Of a DNA stretch of 12,472 bases, positions 7,165 through 12,472 are shown in pieces. Positions within the stretch are counted from its first letter, which is position 1. Every line of letters starts with the position of its first letter. Both the position numbers and the translations under genes were made by a program. Origin of the DNA: Gemmatimonadota bacterium (GTDB lineage: Bacteria; Gemmatimonadota; Gemmatimonadetes; Palauibacterales; Palauibacteraceae); the NCBI GenBank assembly GCA_046758745.1, contig JBHIAV010000066.1, forward strand, positions 1 to 12,472, given 5' to 3'. Below the pieces are notes generated by a model. It did not search any database, was not told the DNA's origin, and saw only the letters and a program-made list of their open reading frames with translations.

Positions 7165-9894
7165 TCACCCACCGCCCCCCTCCAGCCGATCCAGCAGTGC
7201 CTCTAGCCTCCGGATCGTCGCGCGGAGCTCCTCGCGGACCTGGTCCACGAGCTCCGGGTCCGCCCGGGCTGCGGCCGCCTCCGGCCCCGGCACGGCGGCC
7301 TCGGCGACCGGCGCGACCGCGGGCAGCTCCCCGATCAGCGCGGCGACGGAGGCGTCGAGCGTCTGGTGCATGACCACCTGACGGGTGTCGGCCAGGATGA
7401 TGCGACGGAGCTCCGGGAACTCCAGGGTCTCCGGCTTCAGGAAGACCGGCTCCGCGTAGAGGATGGCGTCCCCCATCGGGATGACCAGCAGGATCCCCCG
7501 CATCACTTCCGAGCCCACCTGACCCCACAGCGTGAACTGCTCGGAGATCACCGCGTCGTTGTCGATCCGCGCCTCGATCTGGTTGGGGCCGTCCACGTGC
7601 CGCCCCGTCGGGAACCGGAACAGGATCCGCTCGCCGTAGTGCTCGCCATCGTTCCGGGCCGCCATCCACCCCACCAGGTTATGCCGGTTGTCGGGCGTGA
7701 ACGGCTGGATCAGCAGGAACTCCTCGGCCTCCTCGCCCGGCAGCCGGGCCACGATGTAGTAGGACCGGAGGGGTGCCGAGCTCCCGAAGGAGGTCTGGAC
7801 CGGCACGTCCCACTGGTCCTCCTTGTTGTAGAAGACGACCGGGTCCCGCATGTGGTACTGGAGCAGCATCTGCGTCTGCACGCTGAACAGGTCCAGGGGC
7901 ACCCGGACGTGCGCGCGCAGATGCTCCGGCATCGCCTCCCGCGGCTTGAAGAGCCCGGGGAAGATGGCCTGGTAGGTGCGGACAAGCGGGTCGTTGGGAT
8001 CGAAGACGTAGAAGTCCACGCTCCCTTCGTAGGCATCCACGACCGCCTTCACGCTGTTCCGGATGTAGTTGAACCGGCGGTTCCACCTCGTCGCGTAGGG
8101 GTAGCGGCGCGTGACCGTGTAGGTGTCCTGGATCCAGGACACCCGGCCGTCGGCGACCACGGCGTACGCCTCGCGGTCCCGCATCAGAAACGGGGCGATC
8201 GTGCCCACGCGCTCGGCCACCGTCCGGCGGTACTGGATGCGGCTCTCCGGCCCCACCTCGCCGGTGATCAGGATGTTCAGGTCGCCGAACTGCCAGGCGT
8301 ACAGCAGCCGTCGGAAGAGCGAGCTCACCCGCACACCGCCGCCCCCCTCGTAGCGGATGTACTCGGGTCCCTCCGGCCCCGGGTAGTTGAACTCCTGCAT
8401 CCCCGTGCGCGCGATCACGAAGTCCAGGCTCCGGAGGCCGTAGTAGATCTCGGGACGCTCGAGCGGGATCCGGCCGACCGGCGGGACGTCGCGGATCAGG
8501 AAGGCGGGTCGCCCGCCGGCCTGGACCTCGGTCACGGGGCTCATCGCCACCCCGTAGCCGTGGGTGAACTGGAGGCGCCGGTTCACCCAGCGCTGCGCCT
8601 CGGCCGGGAGCTTTCCGGCCGACAGCTCGCGTGTGGCGAGCATCACCTGTCGCAGCTCGCCGTCCACCGTGTAGCGGTCGGTGTGCACGGCCAGGAAGTC
8701 GTAGTAGAGGCGGAAGAACTGGATCTGATTGTAGCTCTGGAGCAGCGGGCCCTCGTCCCAGAGCCGGATGTTCCGGATCGTCCCGCGGTTGCCGGCGACC
8801 GTCTCCCCCTCGATCGCGCCGCGGGCCGGATGGTCGCGCGACGTCAGGCCTTCGAGCCCGAAGGCGCGGCGCGTGAACTCGATGTTGCTGGCCAGGTACT
8901 CCCGCTCCAGCGCCAGCTCGCTCGGCTCGACGCGCAGCCGCTGGACCGCCACGGGCGCGACGATCCCCACCAGGATCCACGCGGCGGACCAGCCGACCAC
9001 GGGCCACAAGATCCACCGGCGTTCGCGGGAGAAGACGCCGCCGACGAACACGAACCCGGCGGTCGCCGCCGCGACGGCGGCCAGCAGCGTGCGGCCCGGC
9101 AGGTGCACGTGGTCGTCGGTGTAGCCGACGCCGAACACCGTCCCGGTGGGCGAAAACAGCAGCTCGTAGCGCCCCAGCCAGTGTCCGACCGCGATGAGCA
9201 GGAAGGTCGCCGCGCCCAGGGCCGCCAGCCGCTTCCGCACTCCGGCCTCGAGCCACGCCGGATCGCCCCGAAGGTTGCCGGTCACGTAGTGGAAGCCTAC
9301 GAGGATCACCCCGAGGCCCACGACCGCCGCCAGGAGCCAGCCGTGTGCCAAGCGCAGGGCCGGAAGCGTGAAGATGTAAAAGGAGAAGTCCCGGCCGAAG
9401 ATCGGGTCCGACTCGCCGAACGGGACGGCGTTCAGGGCGAGCAGCACCGTTTCCCACTCCGACGCGGCGTACAGGCCCAGGAGGACGGCGGCCAGGAGGA
9501 CGACCGCGGCCACGCCCCGGACCAGGAACTTGTGGAGGAAGTGGTAGTCCAGCACCTCGAGCGGGGCGTCAGGCAGCGGCGGCCGGTCGCTGGAGCGGCC
9601 CACGCCACGCAGGCCGAGGAACCCCAAGCCCAGGAAGAGGACGACCGCGAGCGCAAAGAGGACGACCCGGGTCGTCACGATCTCGACCAGCACCGCCTCG
9701 TACCCGAGCTCGCGGAACCAGAGCCAGTCGGTGTAGAACCCCCGCGACCAGTTCAGCCCCGCCCACACCAGGATCAGCCCCAGTACCCAGAGCCCCCAGC
9801 GCATCAGCTGGCGGATCCGGTCGACGTCGACCGAGCCGAGGTCGATCTTGTCCGACGCGCCCTTGCGGCGCTGGAAGTCTGGCAGGTCGTTCAT
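7165..9894 (-). CDS. UPF0182 family membrane protein, 909 aa
   Basis: YTDWLWFRELGY, DPIFGRDFSFYIFTLP, GYTD, NIRLWD, FTHGYG, PEIYYG, NYIRNSVKAVVDAYEG, YHMRDPVVFYNKEDQW, GPNQIEARIDND; multiple N-terminal TM helices. Confidence 0.97.
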   Translation of the reverse strand: MNDLPDFQRRKGASDKIDLGSVDVDRIRQLMRWGLWVLGLILVWAGLNWSRGFYTDWLWFRELGYEAVLVEIVTTRVVLFALAVVLFLGLGFLGLRGVGRSSDRPPLPDAPLEVLDYHFLHKFLVRGVAAVVLLAAVLLGLYAASEWETVLLALNAVPFGESDPIFGRDFSFYIFTLPALRLAHGWLLAAVVGLGVILVGFHYVTGNLRGDPAWLEAGVRKRLAALGAATFLLIAVGHWLGRYELLFSPTGTVFGVGYTDDHVHLPGRTLLAAVAAATAGFVFVGGVFSRERRWILWPVVGWSAAWILVGIVAPVAVQRLRVEPSELALEREYLASNIEFTRRAFGLEGLTSRDHPARGAIEGETVAGNRGTIRNIRLWDEGPLLQSYNQIQFFRLYYDFLAVHTDRYTVDGELRQVMLATRELSAGKLPAEAQRWVNRRLQFTHGYGVAMSPVTEVQAGGRPAFLIRDVPPVGRIPLERPEIYYGLRSLDFVIARTGMQEFNYPGPEGPEYIRYEGGGGVRVSSLFRRLLYAWQFGDLNILITGEVGPESRIQYRRTVAERVGTIAPFLMRDREAYAVVADGRVSWIQDTYTVTRRYPYATRWNRRFNYIRNSVKAVVDAYEGSVDFYVFDPNDPLVRTYQAIFPGLFKPREAMPEHLRAHVRVPLDLFSVQTQMLLQYHMRDPVVFYNKEDQWDVPVQTSFGSSAPLRSYYIVARLPGEEAEEFLLIQPFTPDNRHNLVGWMAARNDGEHYGERILFRFPTGRHVDGPNQIEARIDNDAVISEQFTLWGQVGSEVMRGILLVIPMGDAILYAEPVFLKPETLEFPELRRIILADTRQVVMHQTLDASVAALIGELPAVAPVAEAAVPGPEAAAARADPELVDQVREELRATIRRLEALLDRLEGGGG

Positions 9895-10156
9895 GACGGC
9901 AGTGCACTCCCGATGGACGGCTGACCGGGCACTCCGGCGTCCGCGGGGTCGGAAAGGTCGATCGCCGCGCCTCCGGAGCGGTCCGGGCCGAGTCCCTGGC
10001 CATGAAGCTAGGGGTCGGGCCCGGAGCCTGCGAGCGACGGGCTTCGGCGCCGGTTACACAACGCAGCTGCCGGCGCCGCCGGCCCGTTGCGTCCGATGCG
10101 GTGACTCAGCAGATTCCCTCTCCCGAGCCAGCCGATCCCCCGCACCCGCTGGCGCC

Positions 10157-10648
10157 ATGTTCCTCGACGCGATCAAGAGCCTCTTCGGCGCTCGGCCGGG
10201 GGAGCCACCGGAAGCCCCCGCGGACCACAGCCCCGAGACGGATCCCATGCCCGTGGCGGCCTGCGCCCTCCTCCTCGAGGTCGCGTACGCCGACGGGGAG
10301 TTCTCGGAGCAGGAGCGGGCGCACCTGGAGGCTGTTCTGGAGCGCCACTTCGGCCTCGCCCCGGAGTCAGGGCGGCGGCTGCTCGAACTGGCAGAGACGG
10401 CGCGCCGGGAGGCCGTGGACTACTACCGTTTCACGTCCATCCTGCGGCAGAACTACGACCTCGGGCAGAAGATGGTCCTGGCCGAGGTCATGTGGGGGCT
10501 AGTGTTGGCGGATGGGGAGATCGCGAAGCGGGAGCAATACCTCACCCGCAAGATCGCCAACCTCCTGGACCTGAAGCCCGGCTACCTGTCGAGCGCGAAG
10601 CAGGCGGCGGCCAAGCGGATCTGCTCGAGGGAGGGAGGGGAGCCGTGA
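10157..10648 (+). CDS. TerB-family protein, 163 aa
   Basis: AACALLLEVAYADGEFSEQE...HFGL...MWGLVLADGEI..REQYLTRKIANLL, the TerB-type double ADG pattern. Start chosen at MFLDAIKSLFG. Confidence 0.9.
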   Translation: MFLDAIKSLFGARPGEPPEAPADHSPETDPMPVAACALLLEVAYADGEFSEQERAHLEAVLERHFGLAPESGRRLLELAETARREAVDYYRFTSILRQNYDLGQKMVLAEVMWGLVLADGEIAKREQYLTRKIANLLDLKPGYLSSAKQAAAKRICSREGGEP

Positions 10649-10791
10649 CGCGGCGTCACCGGGCCGGGCGCGAGGCGGGGCGCGTCTTCGAACGCCTGCT
10701 GTGGCTGAGCGCCTCGGACAATCAGGGAGTACGGTTCCTCATCGAGCCGGTCGCCGCGGGAGAGCCGTGGGAGAGGAGCCGGGGGACCTGA
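10645..10791 (+). pseudogene. C-terminal remnant of a TPR-like conserved cytoplasmic protein
   Basis: EAGRVFERLLWLSASDNQGVRFLIEPVAAGEPWE matches a recalled C-terminal motif VFERMLWLNP.DNQGVRFL...W. Only 48 codons remain; its GTG overlaps the TerB stop (GTGA). Confidence 0.55.
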
Positions 10792-10857
10792 GCACGCCGC
10801 GGCGCCGTGTGTGCAGCCACGTCGCTCGTCCAGCCGGTGCTCGCTAGGTTTACTTGT

Positions 10858-11088
10858 ATGAGGTTTCGACCCCTCGACACGACGGCGGATGCTCTCCAGG
10901 CGCAGCGATCGGCTCTGAGCAAGCTGGATCCGGAAGCCCGCGTCCGCGCGGCGCTCGAGATGAGCGACTCGACCCGCGGCCTCCGCCTGGCGGGCCTCCG
11001 CTCACGTCACCCCGAGGCCTCGGAGAGGGAGCTCGTCGCGCGCTTCATCGCCGAGGCGTACGGGGTCTGGCTGGACCCGACCGGGTGA
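10858..11088 (+). CDS. Small helical protein, putative antitoxin partner of the downstream nucleotidyltransferase, 76 aa
   Basis: DTTADALQAQ...LDPEARVRAALEMSD...AGLRSRHPEASERE, a pattern typical of small genes preceding such NTases. GTGA overlap with the next gene. Confidence 0.8.
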   Translation: MRFRPLDTTADALQAQRSALSKLDPEARVRAALEMSDSTRGLRLAGLRSRHPEASERELVARFIAEAYGVWLDPTG

Positions 11089-11657
11089 CGCTCGAGACGT
11101 TCCTCCGCCGCGTCGTCGCGATTGTCGGCGACACCGGGATTCCCTACATGCTGACGGGCTCGATCGCGGTCGCCTACTACGCGGAGCCCCGAGCCACGCG
11201 GGACATCGACGTCGTGATCGCCGTTTCGCCCGGGGAGATCGAGCGACTGCTGCGACGGCTGGATGCCGAGGGGCTCTACGTGAGCCACGAGGCCGCGCGC
11301 GAAGCGCTGCGTCGACAGAGCCAGTTCAACGCGATCGACCCCGAATCAGGGTGGAAAGTGGACTGGATCGTCCGCAAGGATCGCCCCTTCAGCCGGAGGG
11401 AGTTCGAGCGCCGGCGATCGGTGGAGCTCATGGGTCTGGAGCTGCCCATCGCAACGCCCGAGGACCTGATCGTCGCGAAGCTGGAGTGGGCTCAGAAAGG
11501 TGCTTCGGAACTCCAGCTCCGCGACGCCCTGGCGATTCTCCTTCAGCGTGGGCGCGAGCTCGACCGTGGCTATATCGAGCGGTGGGTCGGCGAGCTAGAC
11601 CTCGGTCCTGAATGGGGCGTGGTACTCGAAGAAGCAAAGCGCGAGGAAGAGGCGTAG
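11085..11657 (+). CDS. Pol-beta-superfamily nucleotidyltransferase (DUF6036-like), putative toxin, 190 aa
   Basis: GTG start overlaps the upstream stop. Motifs YMLTGS....Y..PRATRDID, KVD, TPEDLIVAKLEW, QLRD, LDRGYIERWV. Confidence 0.88.
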   Translation: MTLETFLRRVVAIVGDTGIPYMLTGSIAVAYYAEPRATRDIDVVIAVSPGEIERLLRRLDAEGLYVSHEAAREALRRQSQFNAIDPESGWKVDWIVRKDRPFSRREFERRRSVELMGLELPIATPEDLIVAKLEWAQKGASELQLRDALAILLQRGRELDRGYIERWVGELDLGPEWGVVLEEAKREEEA

Positions 11658-11699
11658 GGGACGCCGTTTCCCCGCGTGGCCCCACCGAGTCGGGAACCA

Positions 11700-11787
11700 T
11701 GGGCCCGGGTGGATTTGCGGCGTTGTCCAGCCCCGCGAGCCCGCGTTAGCGGGTGGAGCGGCACCACCGACCTCACGCTTATCAGGC
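11700..11787 (-). repeat. tRNA-Ile(GAU) 3' half (att-like, copy B) interrupted in the T-loop by 45 nt
   Basis: Minus strand reads GCCTGATAAGCGTGAGGTCGGTGGT-[45 nt]-CAAATCCACCCGGGCCCA: anticodon loop CTGATAA, T-stem GGTGG/CCACC and acceptor 3' strand. The 5' half of the tRNA is absent. Confidence 0.9.
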
Positions 11788-11851
11788 AGAGACAAGTACC
11801 GCCGGATTCCGCCAACTTGCTGCGATTTAGGGGATTCGGCGACATGTTGAT

Positions 11852-11909
11852 CGGGCTCAGGTTGCAGGATGTCGGGCTCCACCGGGCTCAGTAGACACCT
11901 TGTAGACAC
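11852..11909. repeat. Putative integrase arm-type and accessory-factor sites
   Basis: GTAGACAC twice (11891, 11902) and CGGGCTC three times (11852, 11873, 11883), about 65-120 bp from the att-like core. Confidence 0.55.
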
Positions 11910-12093
11910 TGGTTCCCCGGTCTGAACTCCCGGCTCGTCGCTCTTCTCGAACGCACCGTTGCGACAGCCGCTCCGCTCGGGCTCTCTCAGGGCCCGGCCG
12001 GAGCAGGGAGCTTCGGATATGAGGAGGGAACAAGAACGAAGCGGCCCATATGGCGGGCATGAGCGCCTCGAATCCCGAGCGGTCCCGGACTGA

Positions 12094-12225
12094 AGACAAT
12101 TCTTGGCGAAAGTTACGATACACGTTATTTTTGCAGAGAATCGTATCTCTGGACCGGCAGGTTGGGTACCGAGACGATTCTTGGCCAAAGTTACACCGAA
12201 CGTTACATTAGAGGAGAACTGTATC
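12094..12225 (+). promoter_or_regulatory. Duplicated inverted-repeat operator upstream of abiEi
   Basis: Two AT-rich 54-bp units (12094-12147, 12172-12225), 40/54 identical, with 21 of the first 23 nt identical. Each unit is an imperfect palindrome. The second ends 2 nt before the ATG and contains GAGGAG. Confidence 0.75.
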
Positions 12226-12227
12226 GC

Positions 12228-12472
12228 ATGCGCGCACGCGACTACATCCGCGACCTGGCCGCGAACGGACGCTATCACTTCACTACCCAAGAGGCAATCG
12301 CAACTGTCGAGGGTGAGCCCGCCTCCGTTCGAGCTCAGTTGCGCCGGTTGAAGGAGCAGGGTCTGATCGCCGAGCCGGTGCGCAGTTTTCACGTCATCGT
12401 GCCCCCGGAGTACAAGCGCCTGGGGTGCCTGCCTGCCGAGCAGTTCATCCCGCAGCTCATGGATCTTCGCGG
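12228..12472 (+). CDS. abiEi: Type IV toxin-antitoxin AbiEi-family antitoxin (runs off window)
   Basis: MRARDYIRDLAANGRYHFTTQEA...LRRLKEQGLIAEPVRSFHVIVPPEYKRLGCLPAEQFIPQLM: winged-HTH N-terminus plus the IVPPEY...G.LP motif. Not in the ORF track because it has no stop in the window. Confidence 0.88.
   Translation, partial: MRARDYIRDLAANGRYHFTTQEAIATVEGEPASVRAQLRRLKEQGLIAEPVRSFHVIVPPEYKRLGCLPAEQFIPQLMDLR

Larger units (their letters stand above)
2325..11699. mobile_element. Possible decayed, integrase-less island bounded by tRNA-Ile att-like repeats
   Basis: Flanked by co-oriented tRNA-Ile fragments and rich in TA-like genes and remnants at both ends. No integrase is present and the middle genes look like ordinary chromosomal genes. 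Confidence 0.35.

Noticed and set aside
6674-7669. 331-aa extended glutaredoxin ORF, and the similar long starts at 4087, 5585, 9848 and 10854
   Set aside because: The extensions are low-complexity or overlap other genes; internal starts have an RBS, a gene overlap or a family-typical N-terminus.
7366-9924. 852-aa plus-strand ORF and 592-aa minus-strand ORF (7679-9457)
   Set aside because: Shadow frames of the UPF0182 gene, expected at high GC; no motifs.
11677-11683. GGGGCCA (minus strand) as the start of a following tRNA-Ala
   Set aside because: A 7-nt match with no TAGCTCAG continuation.
11700-11787. Functional or intron-containing tRNA-Ile gene
   Set aside because: The 5' acceptor strand and D-arm are absent and the T-loop is broken.
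12094-12225. Mini CRISPR array
   Set aside because: Only two diverged units, no cas genes, and the position fits an operator.
11595-12392. 265-aa minus-strand ORF as a possible integrase or excisionase
   Set aside because: No recombinase motifs; it crosses abiEi, the operator and the att site.

Overview
A GC-rich bacterial window; the kinase-TM-TPR gene style suggests Gemmatimonadota or similar (inference only). It looks like an integration hotspot. Intact genes: a stand-alone GHKL/MORC-like ATPase, a SnoaL-like ester cyclase, a secreted TrbI/VirB10-like protein, a CPYC glutaredoxin, a UPF0182 membrane protein, a TerB-family protein, a small-protein/nucleotidyltransferase toxin-antitoxin-like pair, and the start of an AbiEi type IV antitoxin behind a duplicated inverted-repeat operator. 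Several gene remnants lie between them, and the Ser/Thr kinase at the left has an internal deletion. The main unannotated signal is two co-oriented tRNA-Ile(GAU) 3' fragments on the minus strand, 9463 bp apart (2294-2324 and 11700-11787). Both start at the anticodon loop, both have homologous att-arm-like flanks, both break at the same T-loop base, and both lie just downstream of a nucleotidyltransferase gene or remnant. No integrase is in the window. All family calls are by motif recognition; no database search was run.
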